A stretch of DNA of 63,276 nt, the filler included, from Calcarisporiella thermophila CBS 279.70 (taxonomy: Eukaryota; Fungi; Calcarisporiellomycota), in NCBI RefSeq assembly GCF_041956535.1. It is 4 parts of 4 records of this genome, joined end to end, with 100 filler letters (N's around TTAATTAATTAA, not from the genome) between each part and the next. Parts side by side here need not be neighbours in the genome. Positions count along the whole stretch, not along the records: positions 21,694 to 52,860 come from NW_027192210.1; positions 52,961 to 60,790 come from NW_027192227.1; positions 60,891 to 63,276 come from NW_027192287.1; 1 more part is not named here. One strand, given 5' to 3'. Under the pieces are notes generated by a model that worked only from the letters and a program-made list of their open reading frames with translations, was not told the DNA's origin and made no database searches. Made by a program: the position numbers and the translations under genes. Positions 48,845 through 61,132 of this stretch are shown here, in pieces (positions within the stretch are counted from its first letter, which is position 1; every line of letters begins with the position of its first letter).

Positions 48845-49604
48845 TTATCCTATTATCCAAAGTCCTCCATCAACACCAATTATCTGGCCAGTTATATAAT
48901 CCCCTGCATTCGACACCAACAATAGCAACCCTCCTATATCTGTATTCCGCCCTATTCTTGGGAAAGGAATTCCCTTGGATGTATTATCTAAATCTTTGGT
49001 AGCTCTGTCGAGTATCTCTGAAGGAAATATTCCCGGGTTCTATCACATTCACGGTGATATTTTCACCAGCTAGATCGGCAGCAAATAGTTTAGTAAGATG
49101 ATTCACACCCGCTTTGGACACAGGATATGCATATAGCTTCACTCGGTTAGTTCGATTCATTATGTTAGTGGTAGTGGATCCAATATTAATGATTTTTTCG
49201 GGGTGCCCTTTTGTGGCCTTCAATAAGGGAAGGAAAGCAGCGACCATATTATATATACTATCGAGGCTGATTTGGAAGATTTTCCTCCATTTTTCCTGAT
49301 CATCCTCCTCACCCGGGAACCTCACACCAGCATAGTTCACGAGAATATCGAGCCGTTCTTCAGGAAAGATTTTAACCAGTTCGTCAATCAACTCACGACT
49401 AGATACATCGCCTTGCAGTGGGATGATATTCCCACCTGACGCCCTCTTCAGCACATCCAATCTGCGTCCCACAATGTATACTTTGGCCCCATTTGTCGCA
49501 AGGGTCTTTGCAATCATGAGCTCAATCCCGGATCCCCCGCCGGTCACCAAAGCTCTCTTGTTGCTCAGATCGAAAAGCTGAGAAGCCTGCAGACTCAATT
49601 CCAT
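48845..49604 (-). pseudogene. SDR (gluconate-5-dehydrogenase/RhlG-like) with a frameshift near 49035
   Basis: ALVTGGGSGIE (G to E in the Rossmann motif), YPVSK, VNVIEPG; the C-terminus GIFPSE..IPFPRIG..YITGQIIGVDGG is in another frame. Confidence 0.78.
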
Positions 49605-49835
49605 ATTTAAGCTAATTAATGTTAAAAAACAATCGCTTTAAAATGGACCCTATTTAAATGAAAATTAATAATATTTGCGTTCGGCATTATTCAGACATTT
49701 CTCGATGACAAAGAGGATTATAAATTATTAAATAATATTTAATATGAAACATCTTGAGGAGAAGTATTATTTCTCCATGAGGCATTTCACATGATATACA
49801 GTGTATATCAAACTGGCATTTCCCGGTTCAGAGGA

Positions 49836-49959
49836 CTTTACAAAAAACTCGCCCGGTGAAAATTGATAGAAAACGTAGAGAAGTATGTAAAAAAGGTAGA
49901 GGACGTTCGCGATTCCTTAAATTTTTATAAACTTTTCACCGGGCGGGTTTTTTGTAAAG
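49836..49959. mobile_element. MITE with 27-bp terminal inverted repeats
   Basis: CTTTACAAAAAACTCGCCCGGTGAAAA (49836-49862) pairs with TTTTCACCGGGCGGGTTTTTTGTAAAG (49933-49959), one mismatch. Confidence 0.8.
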
Positions 49960-50466
49960 ATATGGATTCGACCAATTTAATGTTATTCAGTCTTATCCGA
50001 AACACATAACAAAATTTAGTATGAGTTATGACGACCGATGGTTCTTTAACAGGTCTTATAACTGCAGATGTAATTACGGATTATATTCTAAGATGCAAAC
50101 AGTTGTATATTGGTCATGTGTAATTACTAATTCAGATCAATAAGAAAAACTTTTGCTACAAAAAAAAAAAATAAGCAAATATTCAGCTCTCGAGGAGGTT
50201 GTGAATGCTTAGCAGATCTCTGAGTAAAAATAGAGGAAAAATAGCAACTTAGTCTTATTAAGATCCTAATATTTCCTTTGTTATCCCTGTTGTTTGTCAA
50301 AGTAACACTAATAAGCATCAATAGATCTAACAATTCTTAGAAGTGAATATTCATATTTGGTAATATAAAAATCTTGTTGATGAACAAGGAGCTGATATTT
50401 TTATAAGGGGGGCTAAAAGTCATTTGCAGGAGTTTATCTCATCACATCTAATCGTTACATCAAGGA

Positions 50467-51767
50467 ATGGTACGTGTTAATTATCTTTGCGTACTTCCTA
50501 ATTTCTGATAGTCATGTCTGGATTTATATGTAATAGTCGACCACAAAAATCGAGAAAAATGGTCTTAAGATCGGTTTTACTTTCGACCGTAAATCGGATT
50601 GGCTCTCCCTTGGCTTGACTAAAGAAGAAGTTGCCGAGTTTGATGATGATAAAACAATTGATTCTATAGCAAATACCCTCCGGGATATTGGCCATGATGT
50701 CGACATTATTGGTAATGCCCATTCTCTTGTTCAAAGATTAGCCGAGAATAACTATGACTGGGATATCGTTTTTAACATTTGCGAGGGTCCAAACGGAACC
50801 ATTGGAAGGGAATCTCAAGTGCCTGCAATTTTGGAATCGTATAACATCGATTGTGTTTTTTCGGATTCGGCAACACTTGCTTTATGTTTGGAAAAAGGCC
50901 GTACCAAAATGATACTTGACTATTATTCAATTCCAACTGCTGCCTACGCAGTAGTGCCCAATCTTAATCCGAAATACAACGATGTATCTGAAACTCCAGG
51001 TGCTAATGCTATTTCTCGCGCACCCACGCATTATAGAGAGTCCCTGTCACAATTTCCGCTATTTGTAAAACCTGCTAGTGAAGGAACTAGTAAAGGAATC
51101 TCGAGCCTTTCTAAGGCCGAAACACCTGCTCACCTGGAAGAGGTGGTCAAGTCCTTGATGGCAAAATATCCAGGACAAGATATTTTGATCGAGAAGTTCT
51201 TAAGCGGAAGAGAATTCACCGTTGGCATTTTGGGAACTGGAAACGAAGCAAAAGTGATAGGAATTGCTGAAATACTTTATCATACGAAACCAGGAAAGCC
51301 TAAGAATATCGATACTTCACCCAGTAATTCACCATCTTCATCTTCCTCTCCAGGGAGAGCGACTTCGCCAAATGCCGATTTGAATGTCGATTTTTTTTTC
51401 GCTGGGCTTGAAAACAATAGAATGGCAAGATCTTGAATATGAGGACATTGCCTCGATCAACTTAAGCCCAGCGAGGGATGCGGTTATCATTGAAGTTGAG
51501 AAGATTGCGCTAGCCGCTTGGCGGGTCCTGGGTTGTAGGGACTGTGGAAGGATTGATGTTCGGTGCGATGTCATGGACGATAAGCTCGCCAAACCGCATA
51601 TCTTAGAAGTGAATCCATTACCTGGCCTCGTTCCAAATTATTCAATGATAGTCTTGTTAGCCGAGGGTTCAAAAATCGCATACAAGGATTTAATCGGGCA
51701 AATCGTTGCTGAAGCAAGCAAGAGGTGCTCTAAAAGTGCCTTCATAAACGGGCATCGAGAGAATTAG
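50467..51767 (+). CDS. D-Ala-D-Ala-ligase-like ATP-grasp enzyme; ATG-only exon 1, intron 50470-50536, +1 frameshift at T9 (51391-51399)
   Basis: KIGFTFD..EEVAEFD, DIVFNICEG..RESQVPAILE, FPLFVKP.SEGTSKGI, IEKFLSGREFTVG, GRIDVR, LEVNPLPGL. Confidence 0.85.
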
Positions 51768-52515
51768 GCTAGAAATCAGAGTTCGATATTACTGAGGTTT
51801 GGTTATTATCATATACTATATATCCTGGTGAATCAGTTATATAGATCTCTTTTGGCTTGTTTTTGTTTTTAAACACTTACAATCTATATAACACGGAATA
51901 TCTATTAGAAAAGGACAAGTTGCAATTATGTATTTCATGCATTGTTTTTGTGCAAAGGTTTATCCAAGCATCATTGAAGTCAATTTGAATTTTCAGATGT
52001 GGAGTGGTCTAGTAACCATCTACTTGTGTAAAAACAGGTCTGTTTAATATCTAAGCATTTTGGCCTAAGTGCGAACATTATTCTCCATTAAGGTGATATA
52101 CGTATTTTTGTCTTATTTACACCTCTGCTCTTGCCACTTAAAAAGGGATTTAAGCGTATTTATGCAGAAAATATAATCAATACAGATTTTTTAGGATTTT
52201 TCAGCCCCTCAAAATATTGATACATGGGAATCAGATGAATCTAAAGGCACACATTCAAATAATAAGAACGAATATATTTATATATATTTGTATTTGGTGT
52301 GCAGAGATTGCATTTCATTTAAGAATTAGAAACAAAAGATTATATCTATTAATATTTTTCAGTTTATTAAATAATATAATATGGTCTTGGTTGTGATAAA
52401 GAGTACAAATATAATTTTTATACTAATACAGGGGTCAAAGTATTATTACTTAGTTATTATCATTATATAGTATTATGGGGTTTAGGGAAACCAATGTTAA
52501 TAGGAAGTGCTCAAT

Positions 52516-52860
52516 CTAATAGGGGCATCTCCTATAGAGGGTGGTTGTCGAGGGTGGGTAAGCGCATTTTACCACAGCAGTGGCCGCATTACAAGTGGGC
52601 GCAGCGTAAGGAATAGAGCTAGTCGTGCATCCGCCAGGAGTAGAGCAGCTGAGGGTCAAATATGAAGTGGAGGGAGGATTATTGCATCTCACCTCAGCAG
52701 TCGTTGCGCCGCAAACCTGCAAATGGGCGGGGTAAGAGCTAGTTGTGCAGCTGGGAGGGGGGGTAGAGCAGCTCCTAGTCAAAGTGGAAGTGAAAGGCGG
52801 ATAAGGGCACCTCACAATTGCTGTTGCTGCACCACAGTTTGTCGGAGCGTAAGGAAGGGA
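52516..52860 (-). CDS. C-terminal fragment of a Cys/Thr/Pro-rich tandem-repeat protein (5' end lost at linker)
   Basis: Frame open from the gap to TAG at 52516; about 2.7 copies of a ~41-aa unit with 4 Cys. Confidence 0.7.
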   Translation of the reverse strand, partial: SLPYAPTNCGAATAIVRCPYPPFTSTLTRSCSTPPPSCTTSSYPAHLQVCGATTAEVRCNNPPSTSYLTLSCSTPGGCTTSSIPYAAPTCNAATAVVKCAYPPSTTTLYRRCPY

Positions 52861-52960
52861 NNNNNNNNNNNNNNNNNNNNNNNNNNNNNNNNNNNNNNNN
52901 NNNNTTAATTAATTAANNNNNNNNNNNNNNNNNNNNNNNNNNNNNNNNNNNNNNNNNNNN
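52861..52960. other. artificial contig linker
   Basis: N44-TTAATTAATTAA-N44. Confidence 0.95.
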
Positions 52961-55900
52961 CTGACACCATCCTCGACGGCAATATTTTCAGGAAATTGTC
53001 GCGTCATCTCTTCAAAGCCATGATGTAGACACTCAAATGGAAGTTCGCTTCTGGTCCCAATGCTGAACTTTAGAAGCAGTGTACTCTCTCCTTCCGAAAG
53101 CTGATTCAAATCTCCAACTGTCAATTTGTCTGCTGAATTAGTATTTAGAGTCTCGTGCACTATCGTTCGATATTTAGACATTATTTTTGCTATTACATGG
53201 GCATCGAATAAGGTGGCGTCGTATTGGACAGCGGAATGGATCGTGTTCTTGCTGCGATTCAATACAACACTTAGTGAATACTCTAAGATGCCAGACTGTT
53301 CAATATCGAATTTTTTGAATTCTTGGTAACCTGAACTCGTAGGAAGCAAAGTTGAATTGAAGTCATTATAGCTGAGTAGTGTTGGAAACATCTCCTGCGT
53401 CCATGGAAGGCCAGTCCAGCGTCTTATATCTGATAGAGATGTCTGACTATATGGAATCGAGTTAACATGAAACTCTTGTACTGCATGAAGTAGCTCCTTG
53501 ACTGTCATCGAGCTATTCAACACAACCCGGAGTGGAATAGTATTGATTAATACGCCAATCATCCTATTTAGAGTAATTTTAATCAGGCACTTTGATTTGA
53601 AAGCAATTTCGGAAGATAATTCTTACCTTGTAACGTCTAGAACTTTTAAATCGCGTCCCGAGACAACACAGCCAAATATCACATCGCTGCAACGGGTATA
53701 ATGATAAATGACTACAGCCCACATTGCCTGAAGAAAATGGGATACGGTTACGCCAAGATTTTGACAAAAAATCTGGATCTGCTCTGCTTTGACACCCAAA
53801 TTAAATGACACAGCATGTGCATCTGTTTCCCTAGACCTATGCATCTCTCCTATAACCTCCAATTTATTAGGGACAGTGGCTCCTTCAAATACTGATTTCC
53901 AATACTCGATTGCCTCGGTGGTATTATTGGAGAGAATTGCCTCGATGTGTGCCTTGAAAGGTGGCCGAATTTTCACTGTGTCGCCAAGATAATCTTTGAA
54001 CAGATCGTCAAAAAATATTAGCTCTGACCATCCATCCATAATTGAATGATGCATTGTCCAAAGCAGTCTATTTCGATTTGTTCCTTTAATGCGGGCAACC
54101 GTGAATCTCACAAATGAGAGGCAGTCCAGACTGAAACCTCGACATCGATCTTCAACAAGGAAAATCTCTTGTTGTTGGTCAACGTCTGCCTGAGTCCATT
54201 CAACCATCTTCTCAAATGCCTTCGGTGGATTCTTGAGGACTATCTGGAATACACCATCACGAGTAGATATAAAAATAGTACGAAGAATGGTGTTCACATT
54301 CGCTACTCTAGTCCAAGCGGTTACCAAGCGATCAATGTCGATATTTCGCTCTGTTTCATATACAGACTGTAACAGATATGACCCAGGATCTTGTAAAAGA
54401 CGCGAGATGAAGCTCGTTTGCAGTGGAGTGGCAGGATAAATATCCTCCACGTCGCGTGGCTTAACCCCTAATGTTGGTAGATGTTCGGCTACTATTTCTT
54501 CTAGCAAAATAGGATCCTTCATAAAAGTGAAATCAATGTTCGAGAATGCGCCAGGGTTGCTCGGACTGCAGCAGTGGTCTATGATCCTCTGCATTGAGAC
54601 CTCCCATTTTTTCCCCCATGAAGCCAGGGTATCCGCTTGGAATAAAGTGGGGTTGAAGCTCATTTTCAACTGGAGGCATTTGCTAGCATTGAGCGAATAT
54701 TCAGCAGTGATTACATTATATACCCGACTTTCGTTACTGCTGCATATGCGGTATTGCTTATCAAACACAGGAGAGGCGATCTCTTCATTTTCATCAAAAG
54801 AGAATTCAAAAGGTCTGAAATAAATAGCCACATTATGGTGGTCTTGAGTGAACAATCTATTTTCGATAGTCATGGCCCTGGTCGTGCTAAAAGGAGTTTC
54901 ATCGGGTATTGCATGCAAAGTCTCTTTGATCCTCTTAATTACCGCTCCACATTCTTCCTCGTAGTTCATGGAGAGAAAAGTGAGATGAAGCGTAGCAAAT
55001 TGTCCCACCGTTCTTGATAAGTTAAATTGTTTGTTTTCATGTTTTCGGCTCGAATCTTCAAATATAACGGGAAGCAGGCCTTGTCCTATGGCCTCCTGGA
55101 AACTAGTCAAAAGAGCCGCAAGAACCAGATGATGATTATCAGTTTTATAAGCTTCATTCGCTATTTCGATGAGAGCTGATGCATTGGCATCGACCTCGTT
55201 TATAATGAAGCACTTATCACCATCCCTATAATCAGTGCTGCAGAAATGGATAAGAAGCGAGAGGAATTAGGGCAAGGGTGAACATTTTTTTAGAACATGA
55301 ATTTTTACCCATTTCTCTGATTATTGGTGAGAATGTTCAGGTCAAGCAATTCGGTAACGTAGTCCTTCTCTCTCCACTCGATTGATTGTGTATGATGCTC
55401 CATCGAAATCGCCCATTCGCGGAAAGGCATTGTCTTTTCCTTAAGATCACGACCTCGGAGTAGACAATCAAGGTCTTGGAGAAGAACACGCCACGAAAAA
55501 AAATCGACAACTAGGCAATGCGCTGCAAACAACACTTTCTGTGCACTCCCGGTCTATAAACACATTCAAAGAATAAATTTTGCCACGGTTAGAATATTCT
55601 GTGGAAAGTGAAAGCCTAATCGGTCAAATGAATACCTCGAAGAGAATCGCGCAATAAACATAATCATCTGCAAAGTCGCGAGAGGTTAAGCGCGTGACAT
55701 GTTCTCGGACTTCGCTATCATGTCCACAGGAGATATGCCTCACGTTCACCTCATATTCAACAGATTCCATTATGGTCTGTCTCCAGTTGCCATCATCATC
55801 CATATAGAAGCGTGCACGTAGTATATCATGGTGAGTAACTAGAGAAGCGATGGCTTGGTAAAAGTCATCAAAATCAATAAAGTCTCGTTGATTTAAGATC

Positions 55901-58900
55901 CATTTCTGGTTGAAATGTTTAACTCTCTTTGAGCCCAGAAAACATTTTTGCATGGGAGTAATTGGGAGATCTCCCGCTGCAGAAACCAAGTGCGTTGGTT
56001 TATCGCATCTCTCTTGAGCAACCACGGATAGCTTAGCTGGTGTAGGAGACCTAAATATCTCCTGCACAGATATGGTATAGCCGTATCTTCGGAATGCCGC
56101 GGATAAAGCCATTGCCGAAATTGAGTCACCACCGAGTGAGAAGAAAGATGTATGGAGGTTGATCAGGCTGGTATCCACGTTAAGCACTGATGCCATTATC
56201 TTTATAACAAGCCGTTGTCTATCCGTTGTAGGCTGCTCTGGCTCATATTCAAGCTGACCCGACATTTCCTTCAGCTTGGATTTATCAACCTTTCCATTAG
56301 CTGTCATTGGGAACTCTTCCAGAGCCACTATGGTGGCGGGGACCATGTAATCAGGCAGGAAATCAAATAGTGAGTTCCGGACATCTTCAACGTCGACGTC
56401 AGCAGGTGTAACAAAGCCATACAGTGTATTGTCACGCACCACCGCAACAGCCAACTCGACTCCTGGATATTCATTCATTGCTGCAGCCACCTCGCCTAGC
56501 TCAATACGATACCCCTTGACCTTCACTTGATCATCGGTTCGTCCGATAAACTCCAAGATACCATCTAGGCTCCATCGTACGTTGTCCCCCGTCTTATACA
56601 TTTTTGTTCCTTTTTTGAATGGGTTGTTGATGAAGCGTTCAGCAGTGACTTCAGGTCGATTTATGTAACCTTTGGCTACACTGGCACCAGCAATGAAAAG
56701 TTCTCCTGCAACTCCCATTGGAACCATCTTGAGGTTTCGATCGAGTACATAGTAAGACGTGTTAATAAAAGGACGTCCAATGCCTATCCTCTCTCCGATC
56801 TTAAGCTCTTGCAGGCTTGATTTTATGCCCGTCTCCGTAGTACCATAAGTATTGTTAAGTTTGATATGTGGAAGCCATATATCGGCAAGTGCCGGAGACA
56901 TTGGCTCGCCAATTAAACTTGCAACGCGGAGATTAGGAACAACTTCAGGTCGAATGTATTGAAGCCCAGTAGGAGTGGCCATCAGCGAATGCACATCTTT
57001 CAATGACGAGATGAAGTCCTCCTCCGAGCGGAGTATCAACGAGCCGCCATGAGTGAAGCAAGTAAATATTTCTGCAACTGTGACGTCAAATCCTACGGAC
57101 GTGAACTGGCATTGATTCACACCTGGGCCGGAAACGCCTTTGTCGAGGAGAGCCTGAATACAATTCATTGCAGCTTCATGGTGAATTGGCACTCCCTTCG
57201 GATTGCCAGTTGTCCCTGAAGTGTAGATTACATAGGCATTATCATGGCTTGAGGCTAGTTCTGCTGGCTTGGAAGCACGTTCCGGAATGGCTTGCATGTA
57301 ATCGTCTATCAAGATGGTCTCATAGTCACATTGTGTCTGTAGAGAAGTTGAAGCCGCTAGTGTAGTTGCAATAATAGTACATGATGAGTCTTTTAACATG
57401 TAGTCGATGCGACTCTTCGGGAGAGAAGCATCAATCGGCACGTATGCTCCGCCTGCTTTGAGAATTGCAAGGATTCCCACAATCATCTCGATCGAGCGAT
57501 TGATGACAAGACCAACAGTATGACCCGGAATCACTCCTCGGTCTCGGAGGACATTTGCGAGGGAATTGGCGTGAGCATCCAACTCTCCATATGTAACATT
57601 CCTACTCTGTGGCTCCTTGACGGCCATAACATGGGGATTTACCATAGCATTATGTTCGAAGCCATGATGCAAGCACGGATATATGAGAGGAACTTGCATC
57701 CCGTGGCTTAATTTGGCGATTAACGAGCTATCCTCAGAAGAAAGTGAATCAAGCTCACCTAGCGTTAGGAGATGATCGGCGGGTGCACTCAAAACTGCCA
57801 CTAGAACTTCGTTATATTTAGCTATCAGTCGATCAACGGCCCTGCATCCTATTAGAGTGGTGTTGATAATTGCGCTAGCAGATAGCGATTGCTCTGTTGA
57901 GTATATGGTGAGCATTAACGGATATTCCGTGGCTTCGTAATATTCGACCACTTTCATTTCAAAATCCAAGTTCAACTTATCTATTGTTGATTGCTGAGAG
58001 TTGATGTTTTGGTAGGAAAAGAGAGTTGGGAACATTTCCCGCGACCATGGAAGTCCAGTCCAGCTGCGAATATCAGTGAGCGAAATGTGGCTGTAAGGAA
58101 GAGACATGACATGGAATTCCTGGGCTGCCTGCAGAAGCTCGTATATAGTCATGGAATCGTGTAACACAAATCGGACTGGAATAGTATTGATGAGTGCGCC
58201 AATAATTCTACAAGCCACAACAAAATTAGAGACATTTCATGTGCCAAGCCACAAACGGCAGAGTCTAAATAAAATATACTGGGAAAGGGCGATCCATACC
58301 TTGTGACCTCATCGATGGTCTCACTGCGACCCAACGTAACACAACCAAAGATTATGTCGTCACATCGCATGTAGTGCCTCTGAACAATAGCCCATATGGC
58401 TCGGAGAAAGTTCGAAGGGGTGACCCCAATATTATTACAATAACGTTGCAACACTCTCGTCGTTATCTTAAGATCATATGAACGAATGACTGAGCTAGCT
58501 GTTGCCTGAGAAATGCTATCATCCAATATATTAAGCTTCTCTGGGACAATTGCTCCGTCAAATAATGAAGTCCAGTATTTCTTTGCTTCGTAGCTATCGG
58601 TGGAGAGAATCGAATCAACATGTAGTTTGAATGGTGGTCTGATTTCAACCTCGTTTTTCGAATACGCATTCAAGAAGTCTGCCAGCAGCAATGAGATGGA
58701 CCAGCCATCGATGAGAGAGTGATGTATGGTCCAGAAGAGTCGATAGCGATTGCTATTCATGATATGCGCAATGGTAATTCGCACAAATATGGTACTCTCA
58801 AGGTTAAACCCATGATGGCGATCGGACGCCAAAAATTGACTTTGAAGTGACTCGACAGCCACTTCACTCCATTCTATCATACTCTCAAATACATCTAGAG

Positions 58901-60790
58901 GAGTCTTGAGTACTACTTGAAATATACCTTCAGAAGTGGAGACAAAAGCAGTACGAAGGATGGTGTTGGCATATGCAACTTTGTTCCAGGCTGCTTTTAA
59001 TCGGGTAAGCTCGATGTTTCCCACAATTTCGTAGACTGATTGCACCACATATGCTCGCGGATCCTGTGCTAGAGCCGATATGAAACTTGCCTGTGAGGGT
59101 GTAGCGGGATAGATATCCTCCACTTCACGTGGTGCGATGTTTAATATCGATAAATGATCTGTTTCTATTTCACAAATCAAATTGGGATCTTTCAATAGTG
59201 TGAAATCGTGAAGTGAAAATCTGCCATGTGTGAGAGGACTACAGCAATGATCAATGAGAATTTCCATCGTCTCTGTCCATTTTTTCCCCCATGATTCCAA
59301 AATACCAGCATGAAAAATGGAAGAATTAAACTTGAAAATCAATTGCAGTTGCCCATTCACATTGAAGTAGCTGTCAATAGTAAGAGCACGATATATCTCA
59401 TTCTCATCACTCTCATCGCCCATAAATCGCTCATCGCAAACAAAGAAGGTGGAATTTTTCTCAAAATTGTGAAAGTGACCGTAATAATTGAAATATATCG
59501 GGGTCATCTCATGATTTTTAATCAATTTTGTATCGGGTGTGATTGGTGCCAAATATTTAATAACGCCATATGATAACCCTTTCTCTGGAACTGTTCGCAA
59601 CGTTTCTTTTACCCTCAGGATCGTATCAGCAATATCCTCTGAATTTATCGATGAGAAAATAACTGGATATATAGTAGTAAACCAACCAACAGTCCTCGAT
59701 ACGTCTAATAAGGAATTCCAAGGCTCACGCCCATGTCCCTCAAGATACAATTCCAAGTTCATATTCCCAGTGATAGCTTGAAAACTCAGCAAAAGTGCGG
59801 TCAAAATCAGGTCTTGATTATTTGTTCTATATGCATCGTTAGCTTTGTCTAGCTGGCCTGAGGCAAGATTGCTAATTTTATTACTTATAGTCCGATTGTT
59901 AATGCATTTAGCCCTAAAAAAGTAATTGATTAATCTTCGGATATGACTAAGATTACTAATAAGAAGCAAATTTACTCTATGCCATCACGAATTGTGAGAT
60001 CGTGCATATCATTCGTAGATATATTTCGTGTCCATTTAGTTGGATCAAAGTTTTTGGCCTCTTGTACTTGAGACACTGCCCATTCTTGGAATGAAGTGGT
60101 TTTTTCTCCTAATCTTCCACCCTTTAGTAAACTTTCGAGATCCTCCAGAAGTATTCGCCAGGAAACAAGATCAACAACTAAATGATGAATATTGAAATAT
60201 ATCCTCTGATTATGACCGATCTATGGTTTAGCAAAGAATTTTCATGAATAAAGTAGCCTTAATCACAAGATTTTAGAACAAAGCCGAAATACTTACTTCA
60301 AAGAGAGCAGCACAATATAACGAACCTTTTTCAATATCGAAAGAAGAAGACATTTTTTTCACTCGTTCTAAAAATTCTTCTTCACTTTTGCAGAAAATAT
60401 GATGAATATTCGTTTTGCAAGATAGTGGCTCGTGGACTAACTGTCTCCATTCATTACATTCATCTCGAGTGTAACATGCTCTAAGCATATCATGATGCTC
60501 CACAATATGTGAGATGGATTGCGTAAATAATGCAAAATCAATACGCACTTGCGGATGAAGCACCCAACCTTGGTTGAAATGGTTATAATAGACTATTCTT
60601 GACTCAAAAAACCAGTGTTGAATTGGCGTTAATGGAACGTCCCCCACTACATTATCCTGACTTCGATTTGATCTATCTCTATTTTCTTGTACAATTGAAG
60701 CCAGTCTAGCCGGAGAAGGAGACCTGAATATCTCCTGTACAGATATGGAAAGGCCATGTTTTCGAAGCGCTGATACAAGTGCAATGGCTG
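52961..60790 (-). CDS. internal fragment of a multimodular NRPS: (T)-E-C-A-T-E*-C-(A), 6 introns, both ends missing
   Basis: E: PLTPIQHWF, HHLVVDLVSW, EGHGRE, RTVGWFT. C: DIYPATP.Q, HHSLIDGWS / HHSIMDGWS. A: YVIYTSGTTGNPKG, YKTGD, GRTDDQVKVKGYRIELGE, NGKVD. T: FFSLGGDSI. Confidence 0.95.
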
Positions 60791-60890
60791 NNNNNNNNNN
60801 NNNNNNNNNNNNNNNNNNNNNNNNNNNNNNNNNNTTAATTAATTAANNNNNNNNNNNNNNNNNNNNNNNNNNNNNNNNNNNNNNNNNNNN
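60791..60890. other. artificial contig linker
   Basis: N44-TTAATTAATTAA-N44. Confidence 0.95.
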
Positions 60891-61132
60891 TTAAGTACAG
60901 TAGCTCTAAAAACTTGGAACGTACCAAGAGAAGCCTCGAAGCCGATCTGTTTCAGTCACTGTGGGTAGGGTTTTAATATGCAAGGTTGAAAAAAAGAGAG
61001 CTCAAATTTTTATGTCTTATTCGATTTCCGCGATTAGGAAATGGATCATCGTGTGGGAATAGAACAATCCTATTCGGACAATTATAAAAAATCTAATGGG
61101 AAGAAAATTCATACAGACAAGTCAAAGATAGA

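Noticed and set aside
50467-60790. ATP-grasp ligase + SDRs + NRPS as one biosynthetic gene cluster
   Set aside because: An artificial linker at 52861-52960 separates them, so physical linkage is not shown.
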